Source: Squalus acanthias (Eukaryota). Taken from it: 64,000 bases of DNA. This document shows, piece after piece, positions 9,502-23,345 of this stretch. The DNA is taken from the NCBI GenBank assembly GCA_030390025.1, contig CM059431.1, positions 119,600,001 through 119,664,000 of the forward strand, read 5' to 3'. The first letter of the stretch is position 1, and every line of letters begins with the position of its first letter. The translations under genes were made by a program, and so were the position numbers. The notes under the pieces were generated by a model. That model saw only the letters and a list, made by a program, of their open reading frames with translations. It was not told the origin of the DNA and made no database searches.

Positions 9502-12500
9502 ATGACAATGATGACACAGAAACAGAGGGCTGCACCCAGGTTCTCCGATGACTCCTTCCATATGCTTATGGAGAGAGTCAGAGCATGCAGGGAGGTCCTC
9601 TTCCCTTCCAATGGGCAGAAGATACCTCCCCAGGAGACCAAAACAGCCTGATTAGAGATTACAGAGGAGGGCACCAGCAGAGATGTGGTCAGGAGGACCT
9701 GAGTGCAGTGCAGCAAACGTTTCACTGACTTCATTAGATCAGGAAACATGAGTACAAAGACACACTCAACTTCATCCTGCTGTGCCACTCATCACATCCC
9801 CATCATTCTGCCTTCCCAACCCTACTCCTGCATATGCAAGGAGTATCCGTAATAAGGTGGATGAATTGACTGTGCAAATAGATGTTAACAGATACGATGT
9901 GATTGGGATTACAGAGACGTGGCTCCAGAACAATCAAGGCTAGGAACTGAACATCCAGGGGTATTCAACATTCAGAAAGGATAGAATAAAAGGAAAAGGG
10001 GGTGGGGTAGCATTGCTGGTTAAAGAGGAGATTAATGCAATAGCTAGGAAGGACATCAGCTTGGAGGATGTGGAATCAATATGGGTTGAGCTGCAGAACA
10101 CCAAAGGGCAGAAAACGTTAGTGGGAGTTGTGTACAGACCTCCAAACAGCAGTGGTGAGGTGGGGGTGGGTATGAAACACGAAATCAGAGGTGCGTGCAA
10201 AAAAGGCACAGCAGTTATCATGGGTGACTTTAATATGCATATAGATTGGGCTACTCAAACTGGAAGCAATACGGTGGAGGAGGATTTCCTGGAGTGTTTA
10301 AGGGATGGTTTCCTAAACCAATATGTTGAGGAACCAACTCGAGGGGAGGCCATCCTGGACTGGGTGTTGTGTAATGAGGAAGGACTAATCAGCAATCTTG
10401 TGGTACGAGGCCCCCTGGGGAAGAGTGACCATAGTATGGTGGAGTTCTACATTAGGATGGAGAAGGAAACAGTTAAGTCAGAGACCATGGTCCAGAACTT
10501 AAATAAGGGCAACTTTGATGGTATGAGGCGTGAATTGGCGAGGTTAAATTGGCAAGCGATATTTAAGGGGCTATCAGTGGAAGGGCAATGGCAGACATTT
10601 AGAGATCACATGGATGAACTACAACAATTGTACATCCCGGTCTGGCGTAAAAATAAAAAAGGGAAGGTGGCTCAACCATGGCTAACAAGGGAAATCAGGG
10701 ATAGTATTAAAACCAAGGAAGTTGCATACAAATTGGCCAGAAGTAGCAGCAAACCCGGGGACTGGGAGAACTTCAAAACTCAGCAAAGGAGGACGAAGGG
10801 TTTGATTAGGGCAGGGAAAATAAAATATGAAAGGAAGCTTGCAGAGAACATTAAAATGGACTGCAAAAGCTTCTATAAATATGTAAAAAGAAAGAGGTTA
10901 GTAAAAACAAACGTAGGTCCCCTGCAGTCGGAAACAGGGCAAGTCATATTGGGGAACAAGGAAATGGCAGATCAATTGAACAAGTACTTTGGTTCGGTGT
11001 TTACTGTGGAGGACACACACAACCTGCCGGAAATAAAAGGGGTCAGAGGATCTGGTAAGAGGGAGGAGCTGAGGGAAATCCTTATTAGTCGGGAAAAGGT
11101 ATTGGGGAAATTGATGGGACTGAAGGCTGAAAAATCCCCGGGGCCTGATGGTCTGCATCCCAGAGTACTTAAGGAGGTGGCCTTGGAAATAGTGGATGCA
11201 TTGACGATCATTTTCCAACATTCCTTAGACTCTGGATCAGTTCCGATGGAGTGGAGGGTGGCCAATGTAACCCCTCTTTTTAAAAAAGGAGGGAGGGAGA
11301 AAGCAGGGAATTATAGACCGGTCAGCCTGACATCGGTCGTGGGTAAAATGATGGAAGCAATTATTAAAGATGTCATAACAGACCATTTGGAAAGTGGCGA
11401 CATGATAGGTCCAAGTCAGCATGGATTTGTGAAATCTTCTGGAATTTTTTGAGGATGTTTCCAATAGGGTGGACAGGGGGGAACCAGTAGATGTGGTGTA
11501 TTTGGACTTTCAGAAGGCCTTCGACAAGGTCCCACACAAGAGATTGGTGAGCAAAGTTAAAGCACATGGGATTGGGGGTAATGTGTTGACGTGGATTGAG
11601 AACTGGTTGGCACACAGGAAACAAAGAGTAGGAGTAAATGGGTACTTTTCAGAATGGCAGGCAGTGACCAGCGGGGTACTGCAGGGTTCGGTGCTGGGAC
11701 CCCAGCTGTTTACATTATATATTAATGATTTGGACGAAGGGATTAAATGTAATATCTCCAAATTTGCGGATGACACTAAATTGGGAGGCAGTGTGAACAA
11801 TGAGGAAGATGCTAGGAGGCTACAGAGTGACTTGGACAGGTTGGGTGAATGGGCAAATGTATGGCAGATGAAGTACAATGTGGATAAATGTGAGGTTATC
11901 CACTTTGGTGGTAAAAATAGAGAGGCGGACTATTACCTGAATGGTGGCAGATTAGGGAAAGGGGAGGTGCAATGAGACCTGGGCGTCATGGTACATCAGT
12001 CACTGAAGGTGGGAATGCAAGTGCAGCAGGCAGTCAAGAAAGCAAACGGAATGATGGCCTTCATAGTAAGGGGATTTGAGTACAGGAGTAGGGAGGTGAT
12101 GCTGCAGTTGTACAGGGCCTTGGTGAGGCCACACCTGGAGTATTGTGCGCAGTTTTGGTCTCCTAACTTAAGGAAGGACATTCTTGCTATTGAGGGAGTG
12201 CAGCGAAGGTTCACTAGATTGATTCCTGGGATGGCCGGACTGACATATCAAGAAAGATTGGGTCAACTGAACTTGTATCCTCTGGAGTTCAGAAGAATGA
12301 GGGGGGATCTTATAGAGACATTTAAAATCCTGACTGGTTTAGACAAATTAGATGCGGGCAAAATGTTCCCAATGTTAGGGAAAACTAGAACCAGGGGTCA
12401 CAGTCTAAGGATTAAGGGGAAGCCATTTAAGACTGAGCTGAGGAGGAACTTCTTCACCCAGAGAGTGGTGAATCTATGGAATTCTCTTCCACAGAAGGTT

Positions 12501-13797
12501 GTTGAGGTCAGTTCGCTAAATATATTCAAAAGGGAGTTAGATATAACACTCACAACTAGGGGGATCAAGGGGCATGGCGAGAAAGCAGGAATGGGGTACT
12601 GAGGTAGCATGTTCAGCCATGAACGCATTGAATGGCGGTGCAGGCTCGAAGGACCGAATGGTCTACTCCTGTACCTATTTTCTATGTTTCTATTTATCTA
12701 TATCCTTACTCACACCAACATACCTTGCACGTCTACCCATCCCTCTATCTCTATCTACATTATCACATCCCCATCTCACTAGCCACCCCTCACACTCACC
12801 CTCATCCTAGTGCAAACATACCAACTAACAACACACAAGGAGGCCACTTGGCATTGCCATCCCACTCCATCATAGTCTCCCTCTAAAGCTCTAACCCTAT
12901 CCATTCCTTACACTCAGTCCATCACTCTCACTCAACCTTCTCTTCTTTCCCTCCTTGCAGGAAAAGAGAGCCCAAAATAAGAGGGAGAGGGGGAGAACCG
13001 CCGGGGGCTCTCCATCATTTGTAAACCTTACAACAGCAGAGAAGGCTGCTTTAGAAATATCTGGAGTCGCCGAGCAGCTGGAGGTGGGAGACGGGGAGAG
13101 GGAGACATCTCAGCAAACTGGAGGCAAAATAACATATCATACAACTACATGGCATACATCAGTCACTCATATGGAGACATATGTCAGCAGCCAGTGAATG
13201 GTCATCATGTGCATAATGGTATCTGTAACTATTCTTCATATGACATATCTAACTCATCGCTTTACTCTCCCACAGGTCCATCAAGCAGCTCCCGCCCCCC
13301 CTCCCCCCACACCCACTGTCCAGGAGGAAGAGGAAGGCAACTCCTCAGAGGAGCCTCCAGCCTCTGAGGGTGCACCGTCAGCAGACCCAAGTGCACCCTG
13401 CACCAGCGCAGATACGCACACCTCGGTGGGTCCCATGCGAGATAGAGTAGTGTTGGCATCTGGTGTCTCACAACTCACAAGTGAGCAAGAGCAGATAGTG
13501 GAGACAGGGACAACAGTGGAGAGTCCTTGCCGGAGAGCGCAGGACGCTCCCAGCTCTGCTCAGCTGCATGCAGACACTGATCCTCGGGGGCCATCCAGAA
13601 AGAGGGCAATCCTGGAGGTGCAGGAAGAAGTGCAGGAGGCTCTGACAGGTTTTGCCAGCACAATGTCTGCAAATGTTCAGAGAATAGAGGAGTCCATCTC
13701 CAATATGAGCACCACCGTGTCGCAGGCGATGGCGACTGTAGCCTCCTCCATGGATAGGATGGCCACCTACGTGGAGCAACTAATGCACCACTCATAG
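9502..13797 (+). pseudogene. Harbinger Myb/SANT-like DNA-binding protein pseudogene (exons ~9502-9748, 12961-~13123, 13276-13797)
   Basis: RAAPRFSDDSFHMLMERV..VQCSKRFTD (trihelix, with stops). Exon 2 reads EKRAQNKRERGRTAGG after TTGCAG. Acidic/coiled-coil exon 3. Same three-exon layout as the other Myb genes in the window. Confidence 0.75.
9832..12700 (+). mobile_element. CR1-clade LINE, nearly complete ORF2 (best-preserved copy)
   Basis: From NARSIRNKVDE through APE (GDFN, SDH) and RT (KFADD) to the stop at 12602, with tail (TTCTATGT). Three lesions seen: TAG ~9941, ~20-nt deletion ~11433, TGA 11973. Confidence 0.96.
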
Positions 13798-14099
13798 GAG
13801 CACATGGTCTCTATGGAGAGTGGATGGCTATATATGGCAGGAGATCAGGAGGACCTGGTGGAAATTCAGGGCCACATTGATTTAGGAAGTAGTGCTGAAT
13901 GTCTTGTAAAAAAAAAATCCCCATTTTGACCAGATGCATTAGCTTAATCCCAGTTTATCTTTGAATAATTATAATCACCCAATATTTTTGCCGTGTGGTT
14001 CTTACATACCTCTCTGAACTGTCTGCAAATCTCCCTCTATCTTATCTCTACTGTTTTGTGGCCTGCAATGCATACCGAGAATTGTACATTTCACTTCCT

Positions 14100-15726
14100 A
14101 TTCCTTAACTCCATGAAACCTACCTGCTGCTCCCTCGACCCTATTCCCACTAAAATGTTGACCACACAACTTCCCTTCCTGGTTCTCATGTTAGCTGATA
14201 TTGCTAACCGTTCTCTCTCCTCAGGCACTGTCCCCCTCTCCTTCAAATCTGCCATCTTCACCCTACTCCTCAAAAAAACAACCCTTGATCCCTTCGTCCT
14301 TGCAAACTACTGCCCCATCTCCAACCACCCTTTCCTCTCCAAAGTCCTTAAACATACTGTCATCACCCAAATCCTTGGCCATCTTTCCCGGAATTCCATG
14401 TTTGAATCCCTCCAATCAGGTTTCCACCACTGCCACAGTACCGAAATGGCTCTTATCAAAGTCACAAAGTCACAAATGAAAACATGTGACTGTGAGAAAA
14501 GTAAACTATCCCTCCTCGTCTTTCTCAACCTGTCTGCAGCCTTTGACAAGGTTGACCTCACCATCCTCCTCCAATAAATCTCCACCATCATCCAGCTATG
14601 TGGGACTGCACTCGCCTGCTTCCATTGTTAGCTACACAGTCGTAGCCAGAGAATCACCTGCAATGGCTTTGCTTCCCGCTCCTGCATCGTTACCTCTGGT
14701 GTCCCCAAGGATCTATCCTCAGCCCCCTCCTATTTCTCATCTACATGCTGCCCCTTAAGCGGCATCATCTGAAAACACAGCGTCAGTTTCCACATGTATG
14801 CTGACGACACCCAGCTCTACCTCAGCACCAGTTCTCCTACCCCTCTACTGTCGCTAAATCATCAGACTGCTTGTCCAACATTCAGTGCTGGATGAGCAGA
14901 AATTTACTGGATGAGCAGAAATTTCCATAAACTACATACCCTAGCCACTGACTCCATTCCCTCGCAGGCCACCGTCTGAAGCTGAACCAGACTGTTCACA
15001 TCCTCAGTGTCATCTTTGAACCTGAATTGAGCTTCGACCACATATCCACGCCATCACTAAGACCGCCTATTTCCACCTCTGTAACATAACCCGACTCAGC
15101 TCCTGCCTCAGCTCATCTGCTGCTGAAACCCTCATCCATGCCTTTGTTACTTCTTGACATGACTATTCCAATGCACTCCTGTCCAGCATCCCACCTTCTA
15201 CCCTCCATAAACTTGAGGTCATCCAAAACTCTGCTGCCCGTGTCCTAACTTGCACCAACTCCTATTCACCCATCTCCCCTGTGCTCGCTGACCTACATTG
15301 GCTCCCGTTTAAGCAACGCCTCGATATTAAAATTCTCACCCTTGTTTTCAATTCCCTGGATGGCCTCACCCCTCCCTAACTCTGTAATCTCCTCCAGCCC
15401 TACAACCCTCCGAGATATCCACGCTCCTCCAATTCTGCCTTCTTGACTGTCCCTGGTTTTAATCGCTCCACCATTAGCGGCTGTGCCTTCAGCTGCCGAG
15501 GCCCTAAGCTCTAGAATTCCTTCCATAAACTTCTCTGCCTCTCTTTCCTCTCTTTCCTCCTTTAAGATGCTCCTTAAAACCTACCTCTTTGCCCAAGCTA
15601 TTGGTCACCTGCTCTAATATCTCCTTATGTGGCTCGGAGTCAAATTTTGTTTGATAACAGTACTGTGAAGTGCCATGGGACGTTTTACTACATTAAAGGT
15701 GCTATATAAATACTAGTTGTTGTTGT
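14100..15726 (+). mobile_element. L2-clade LINE, 5'-truncated and decayed
   Basis: CSLDPIPT, LQSGF..HSTE.AL, LSAAFD and MYADDTQLY. 3' end GGTGCTATATAAAT..(GTT)n. Confidence 0.9.
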
Positions 15727-17200
15727 GTTCTATCCATATCGATTCTGTCTTAACACATTGCATTGGACTTCATATGTTCTCATGCTGTGATACAATCTTG
15801 TACTAACACTGCCACCCCGCCTGCCTCCTTTTTCCCTCCCTATCTTTCCTGAAAATGTTATAACTGAGAATATTAAGTTCCCAGTCCTATCCAAATCTAA
15901 GCCATGTCTCCATTATAACTACTATATCATATTTCTCCCTCGTATTAACACTTCTAACTCTTTAGTTTGGGTTTGAATGCTTTGTGCATTAACATAAACA
16001 TTGCTCAATCCTGACTCCACTTTTTTGGAACATTGCCCCTTACTCTTTTCCCTTGCTTTCTCATTTATTTATTTTTATACCCTTTGCCTGTTCTACAACA
16101 GTGTTTTTATCTCTCGCTACCATATAGCCTCCTATTTTTCCTTTTCTCTTTTGTTAATATTTTAACCATATGTACTTCATCTCAGAATTTACATCTATTT
16201 CAACAGATTTATTATTCCTGTTCTCTTCTATCGTCTCAAGCCTAGGCTTTCTCTACCCACTGACATATTCGGTAAATTCCCCACCCACCATTGCTATATT
16301 ACCATCTCTGCAAGGACATTCAAAAATGACAGGCAGCAAACGACCAGCTGTTCCATCAAGCCAGTCCCACACTCATGATGGCTGGAGCATTGTGATTAGA
16401 CACTTCTATCACCCCCGATCACCCCCCCACAATCCTCCCCACTGCAGCCATGTAATCTCCTAGGAGGGGCAAAAATAAGGAAAAAACCCAGGGCCAATGT
16501 GCATGTTAACGGTTAATCCACTTACCTTCTGTATGGTGCAATCTGTGCCCCAGAAAAGAACAGGTCCAACTCCCACTTGACGGCATGCAGGCAGTCAGCA
16601 CACACTGCACCAGCTGTCAACACATTCCAGAGGCTCATTACTCTCGGGGAAAAAAGGACCGCCTAACATCTAGGGTATTCCTACTTTTGCATAGTTTAAA
16701 TGCATGTCCCCTGGTCCTCTCCAATCTGCCAAACTGAAATAATCTATCAATAGACACGTAATCCAGCCCTTTAGTTATTTTATATACCTCTATCAGGTCG
16801 CCTCAAAGTCTACACTGCTCGAGAGTAATATTTCGATTCAGGTGAAGGCCATCTCTTTTATATAGCCTTTCTTATGCCAATGCCCAAGAACGTGAACTGT
16901 TTTCTCATGCACTACTGCAACAATTCTTCTATTCTTGTAATCTACCTCTCTGTCATGGTTCAGAATTATTTGGGTCTTTTCCATGGAAAGGACTTGGACT
17001 TAAACGAGTTTCATATGTGTTTCGGGCAGAAGCTTCCCAAAAAGGATGTAATTACCCCCAGATAACCCCATGCTGGACTGGCCACCGTAGGCAGTTGAGA
17101 GCTAACTTATATGTGGGATAGGCAGTTGTTTTGCACAGATCCCATACAATGGCTAATTCAGATGAACATCTAGCACCTTGATGTTGTCAAAGTTTTTTAA
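15727..17200 (-). mobile_element. Ancient CR1 5' remnant (ORF1 esterase plus start of ORF2 APE) with a CR1 3' fragment at ~16310-16830
   Basis: Minus strand YKRDGLHLN (SGNH esterase motif of CR1 ORF1) at ~16838-16865 and YVNAQSI (APE motif I) at ~15977-15997. Confidence 0.65.
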
Positions 17201-17424
17201 CTTTGCGCGTTAAGAGAGAGGTTTTAAGAAAAACAATCAGAATATAGACACCAAACGGTGAGTCAAGGCAACAGCAGGGTGCAAGTGAGAAACCTCTACC
17301 CTCATCAGGGAGAGGTCATGTTTTTACATTAGATTAAGGGCACACCAAAGTTGGCTAGCATACATATATATTTTTTGTTTTTATAATAGTATGCAAACAG
17401 TAGTCTCTCATTATAATCAATGTT

Positions 17425-17850
17425 AGGAACATAAGGAACAGGAAGGCCATTCAGCTCCACAAGCCTGCTTTGCCATTCTATTAGATTATGGGCGATCTGC
17501 ACCTCAACTGCATTTACCTACCTTTGCTCCATATCCCTTGATACCCTTACCGAAAAAAATCTATCTTTCTCAGTCTTGAAAACTCCAATTTTCCTAGCAT
17601 TCACAGTCGATTTCTATTACCCTTTGCGTAAAAAATTGCTTCCTGATATCGCTCCTGAATTGCCTTGTTCTAATTTTGAAATTATGCCTCATTGTTCTTG
17701 ATTCCCCACCAGAGGAAATAGTTACTCCGTATCTACCCTATCAAAACATTTTAACACATAAACACCTCCATCAGATCACCCCTCAATCTTCTATACTCAA
17801 GGCGATACAAGCCAAGTGTATGCAAACAGTCCTCGTAATTTAACCCTCAC
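17425..17850 (-). mobile_element. CR1 3' fragment
   Basis: Reverse complement of the CR1 3' UTR and C-terminus (GGAACATAAGGAACAGG..GGCCATTCAG). Confidence 0.8.
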
Positions 17851-18019
17851 ACATTGTGTTCTGTATGTTTATATGTTTTGCCTGCTATGGAATAAAGAAG
17901 CTGAACTCAACTGTGTTGGCAGGCTAAACTCCACACTATTTTGCACAAAAATGAATGGTGAACTAAAACCTGGAATGAAAGTGATAAATGAGTAGAGTAT
18001 TACTTTATCTAATTTATAT

Positions 18020-18380
18020 GCAGCAGCTCTCAGAAACATTTCAAAGTACTTCACAGATAATCAGTTTCTGTAGAGTGTCATGTCTGTTGTTATGTAGACA
18101 TTTTGCACACAGCAGATCCCACAAGCAGCAGTGAAATGAGTTCATCTTTATTGGTGGTGTTGGTTGAGGGCAGAATGTTGACCAAAATGCTGGAAGTCCT
18201 TGCTCTGCTTCAAACAGTGCCATATATTTAATGTTCACTTGAACCAACAGCAGCTCTGACAATGCAACATTCCCTCAGTACTGTGCTGGAGTGTCTGCCT
18301 AGATTATGTGCTCAAATCCTGAGGCAATTTGAACTTTCAAGGTTCTGACTTAGAGGGCTACCAACTGAACCAAGTTGAGA
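18020..18380 (-). mobile_element. Decayed tRNA-Deu SINE
   Basis: Colinear with 50446-50911. Confidence 0.7.
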
Positions 18381-18574
18381 CTTAGGAGATCGTTTTCGGA
18401 GTACAACACTGATACTGGGGAACTTCTTCCACCACCAGCACATATTAGAAAATTATGGGGATGTTGCCTGTGATTTTATATCCATTGATTTCAGTGGATG
18501 AAAATCATGGGTGGAGTACCTGAATTTTCCCATATACACTAACAGCAGGTGACATTCTCTGCCACTACTGTGTA

Positions 18575-19146
18575 TTTTTTTTTATTTGTTCATGGAATCT
18601 GGCGTCGCTGGCAAGGCCAGCATTTATTGCCCATCCCTAATTGCCCTTGAGAAGGTGGTGGTGAGCCGCCTTTTTGAACCGCTGCAGTCCATGTGGTGAA
18701 GGTACTCCCACAGTGCTGTTAAGGTGGGAGTTCCCGGATATTGACCCAGCGCCGATGAAGGAACGGCAATAAGCTTCCAAGTCAGGATGGTGTGTGATTT
18801 GGAGGGGAACTTGGAGGTGGTGGTGTTCCCATGCGCCTGCTGCCCTTGCCCTTAAATGTGGTAGAGGTCGCGGGTTTGGGAGGTGCTGCCGAAGAAGCCT
18901 TGGCGAGTTGCTGCAGTGCATCTTGTAGATGGTACACACTGCAGCCACGGTACGCCAGTGGTGGAGGGAGTGAATATTTAAGGTGGTGGACGGGGTGCCA
19001 ATCAAACGGGCTGCTTTGTCCTGGATGGTGTTGAGCTTCTTGAGTGTTGTTGGAGCTGCACTCATCCAGGCAAGTGGAGAGTATTCCATCACACTCCTTA
19101 CTTGTGCCTTGTAGATGGTGGAAAGGCTTTGGGGAGTCAGGAGGTT
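18575..19146 (-). mobile_element. 3' end of LINE of the 27700-31322 family
   Basis: C-terminal peptide ..HGLQRFKKAAHHHLLKGN and the same 3' UTR (GGGCAATAAATGCTGGCCTTGCCAGCGACGCC). Confidence 0.9.
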
Positions 19147-20931
19147 AGAAAATGTAAGTCTTAACGTACTGAACAGAAATGCTTGGTTAGAATGTTCAGT
19201 TTGTTCTCTAACCATGGTATAAAACTGACATTTTTCACGCTTTCCTTGTTTCTTTAGTCTGCAATATTCTACATTACAACTATGTATTTTTCTGAGATAC
19301 GAGGGGTGATTTTATCCCTCCTCGTTCAGCATAAACCTGGCAGGTGGGCAGTTAAATTCGTCCTGGCTCTTACCTGTCCAAAAGCCACCATGATCGCAAC
19401 ATCTGCAATTTTAACCTGCTCTCCTGAGCAGGCAGCAAGGACACGCACCCGGAGCCAACAGGGTCCTTCTTTACATATGCATGTTGTGGCCCGCTGACAT
19501 CATTGAGGTCAGACTGTAATTTTAACTCAGGTCTCAGACCTGTAGTTAAAATCGGGGCTTCACTGGGTTAATTTTGACTTTGGACAAGAGTGTAAAATGG
19601 GTGATATCAAATCAGCCGCCCATTATACATCTCTCCCCATTTTCAGCTGCAATGATTTCTGTTTTGAAAGTGTTAAAACAGAGTAGTGATGCTCACAGTT
19701 TTAACACTACATTTCATGTTCTGAGAAACATGTGCTTTATTGCCTACATTTCTTTTATAAATTACATTTGATAAAACTTTGATTTAGTTTATTGCAGAAC
19801 ACAATCAAAATAAAATATAACATCTCATAGAATTTCAGATTTTATTGCAATGATGTCCTAATTAAAATAACTAAAATCAACATGTTTTACTAAGCTTTGT
19901 TTAAGCAAAATGCATTGCACCCGTGACTGAGCCAAACCTTTTTCAAACCACCAATCTGTTCCCACGAATAAATCCATCCAAGCAGGAAGAGTTATCACTG
20001 TTGATGTTGCCTGTGCTGGTGCTTTATCAGATGGTGGTGATGTATACAGCCATGTCTTTTTTCACTTGTGCTTTCATTTTCCTCTGTGTGCCAAATGCAG
20101 ACACGAAACCCAGCTCCCAGTCCAACTGAGAGATGTTTGAGCCCTTTATGAGGGGCTGTTACATTGTAAAGCGTGCACCATGCAATTTTATTTGACTAAT
20201 TGTTATGCTAATCCATGGCTGGATTAAGACAAACAGCATACTAGTCTGAATAACACCAGGGTATTATAAAACTTTTGTCACCGGCACATTTGCTGTAGGG
20301 CTGATGATGCAGCAGTTCTGCTCTATTGGCATGTTGCAGCAGATGAGGAAGAAGAAGCTGTTGAACTGAGAAGAGGCAGTTAGTAATAACCAGTCAGTAT
20401 ATATTGGTCCCACATATATCTGTCTCTAAGGGAAAAGCAATGTTTCAGGCACTTTCTTCTCCACAGATCAATAATCACTGACATATGTCAGAAATCGCAG
20501 GTGTATTTAAAATAGGCATCTGTTATTAGCACGGACTTGTCACGAGCAGTGAATGTGAGGTTAATCATTGATTTTCAAGCCACTGGCTTATCTTAGACCC
20601 TTTGAAATGATTACACAGATATTCTTAGCTCACCATATGTGTCCAGCAGGTTACAGCAGAATTTGTGAAGCAGGCATAATCATATTTCTCTCAAATGCCT
20701 TAGTAGCAGGAACACAGCCATTTTCTTTGCAAGATGCCCCAGTATCCTGAACGCTATCAGCTGGACATGTATAGAGCTTTGTGGATCTTTTATTTGAATG
20801 AGAATGGTCACTGTAATCAAAAAAGGATACATTTCAAAGAAAATGAATGTGGTGTGAATGCCAAAATGATCATAACCCATGTGTTTGTGCAACAGTTCAG
20901 GATCAGAATATATAATGCAACAATTAAGTAT

Positions 20932-22380
20932 AAAATAAAAACAGAAAATGCTGGAAATACTCAGCAGGTCAGGCAGCATCTGTGGAGAGAGAAACAGAGT
21001 TAATGTTTCAGGTCGATGACCCTTCATCAGAAGTGGAAAAAGTTAGAGATGTAACAGATTTTTAAGCAAGTGCAGGAGCAGGGAAAGGGAGGAGGGGAGG
21101 ACAGAACAAAGGGAAGGTCTGTGCTAGGATGGAAGGCAGGAGAGATTAAAAGACAAAAGGGATGATGGTGCAAGGCAAAAGGAGATGGTAATGGGACAAG
21201 TTAAGAAACAAAAGATGACTCTAGATGAGATGTAAATGGGAATGGCAGAATCATTAACAGCTGCCATGTGAAAAAAAATAGGGGCAGAGGTTATGGTGTG
21301 AAATTGTTGAACTCGATGTTGAGTGCAGAAGGCTGTAAAGTGCCTAATCGAAAGATGAGATGCTGTTCCTCGAGCTTACGTTGAACTTCGTTGGAACAGT
21401 GTAAGAGGCCGAGGACAGAGAGATCAGAGTGGGAGTGGAGAGGAGAATTAAAGTGACAGGCGACCGGAAGCTCAGGGTCACACTTACGGACTGAACGGAG
21501 GTGTTTTGCAAAGCGGTCACCCAACCTGCATTTAGTCACCTCAATGTAGAGGAGACCACATCGTGAGCAGCGAATACAGTATACTAAATTGCAAGAAGTA
21601 CAAGTAAATCGCTGTTTCACCTGGAAGGAGTGTTTGGGGCCCTAGACAGTGGGAAGGGAGGAGGTAAAAGGGCAGGTGTTGCATCTCCTGCGCTTGCACG
21701 GGAAGGTGCCGTAGGAAGGAGAAGGGTTGTTGGGCGTGATTGAGGAGTGGACCAGGGTGTTGCGGAGGGAGCGGTCCTTTTGAATGCTGAAAGGGGAGGG
21801 GAGAGGAAGATGTGTTTGGTGGTGGGATCACGCTGGAGGTGGCGGAAATGACAGAGGATGATATGTTGAATGTGGAGGCTGGTGGGGTGAAAGGTGAGGA
21901 CAAGGGGAACCTTATCGTGGCTCTGGGAGGGAGGGGAAGGGGTGAGAGCAGAAGTGTGGTAAATAGAACAGACATGGTCGAGGGCCATGTCAACCACAGT
22001 AGAGCGGAATCCTCACTTGAGGAAAAAGGAAGACATATCGGAAGCAGAAGTATGGAAGGTGGCATCGTCAGAACAGATGCGACGGAGACGGAGAAACTGG
22101 GAGAATGGAATAGAGTCCTTACAGGAAGCGGGGTGGGAGGAAGTGTAGTCCAGGTAGCTGTGGGAGTCAGTGGGCTTATAGTGGATCTTTGTCAATAGCC
22201 TATCCCCAGAAATGGAGACAGAGAAGTCGAGGAAGGGAAGGGAAGAGTCGGAGATGGATTATATGAAGGTGAGGGAAGGGTGGAAATTGGAAGCAAAGTG
22301 AATGAAATTTTCTAGTTCAGGGCGAGAGCAGGAAGCGGCACTGATACAGTCATCAATGTACTGGAAAAAGAGTAGGACTG
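20932..22380 (-). mobile_element. Penelope-like element, 5'-truncated (RT C-terminus plus GIY-YIG endonuclease)
   Basis: FFQYIDDCI, YKPTDSHSYLDY.SSHP and NLVYCIRCSRCGLLYI..R..H..HFN..I..L.TL.P.LN. Confidence 0.92.
20998..21034 (-). ncRNA. Degenerate minimal hammerhead ribozyme motif in Penelope terminal region
   Basis: Minus strand CTGATGA-AG-GGTC-ATC-GACC-T-GAAAC-ATTAACT. Confidence 0.65.
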
Positions 22381-22959
22381 GAACAAAGATCAGATCAGTA
22401 GGATTGCTGAGGCGCCATCCCAGGAGAGTGGCGATGGATACATGTTGGTTTTTATTTTTGTGCTGTCGGAAGGAGGACAATGTGATAGGTCAGTGATAGA
22501 GGAAAGGCAAGGAGTATGGGACTGTTGGTGAATGGGGCGGTGTGGTTGAGGTTACTGGTATCTATCATGAATTATTTGATCATGCAGAGCCCGGGCAGAA
22601 AGGGACTGTTTACGTTGTAGCCTCCCTTCCTCTTTGTGCTCCAGACTTCCTGTTGCACTTCCTCTTCCTCCACTTCCTTTTCCTCCTCCCTTTCCATGTG
22701 CAAAACTTCAGGTAGAACTTAAGCCCACTTATGCTGTGGCAAGGTGCTGAAACAAATTTCCTACCCTCACCTGAAGCAGGCACACCATCTGCACCATAAA
22801 TGGCGTGGGTTATTGCCTGAGATGTTTACATTTCCTCTACCCTAGGATGTCGGACAGACCCAAGTAGTGGTCAGGCAGAAGTCCTGTCCACCATACTTAT
22901 TGCAGTGATTTGGCACCAGAGGGATGGCAGTGCCACTAGTTCAAATGTATTTCCAGAAT

Positions 22960-23345
22960 ACATCCAAGTCCACAGAGTCTATTATCCCTACTATGTACCA
23001 CAAAACGAGTGTGTGTATGGATAGATAGAAACAGACTGTTTCCAGTTGTGGGATCTAAAATGATGGGACATAGATAAAAGCTTAAATGTAGGGGTTTGAC
23101 AAAGAAAGCCGCATAAACATTGGGTTGTGAGGCTGTGGAGTTAGTGATTGAAGAAGAGACCATGTCAATATTCAAGAATAGGTTTGATTGGTGGTTGAAT
23201 GAAAGGTAGATAAAAAGATATGAGAATATTCTTATGGGAATATGACACATGGGCTTAGGACTACTCCTCGTGTGGAGGATCAACACCAACACAGACTGGT
23301 TGGGCAGAGCGGCCTGTTTTCATGTTCTGAGTTTTATCTAATTCT
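22960..23345 (+). mobile_element. Ancient CR1 3' fragment
   Basis: Degenerate LFP..T.GH region and tail GGCCTGTTT..TTCTATG. Confidence 0.6.

Larger units (their letters stand above)
9219..13873 (+). mobile_element. Old Harbinger-derived element carrying only the Myb/SANT gene, interrupted by CR1
   Basis: Ends GGCCGGAATTTT ... GAAATTCAGGGCC. Homologous to 36724-37437 (inverted). The right boundary is uncertain because no TSD is visible. Confidence 0.6.

Noticed and set aside
19900..20900. Unique-looking sequence as host coding exons
   Set aside because: Only short ORFs, with no recognisable domain or convincing splice-site pair.
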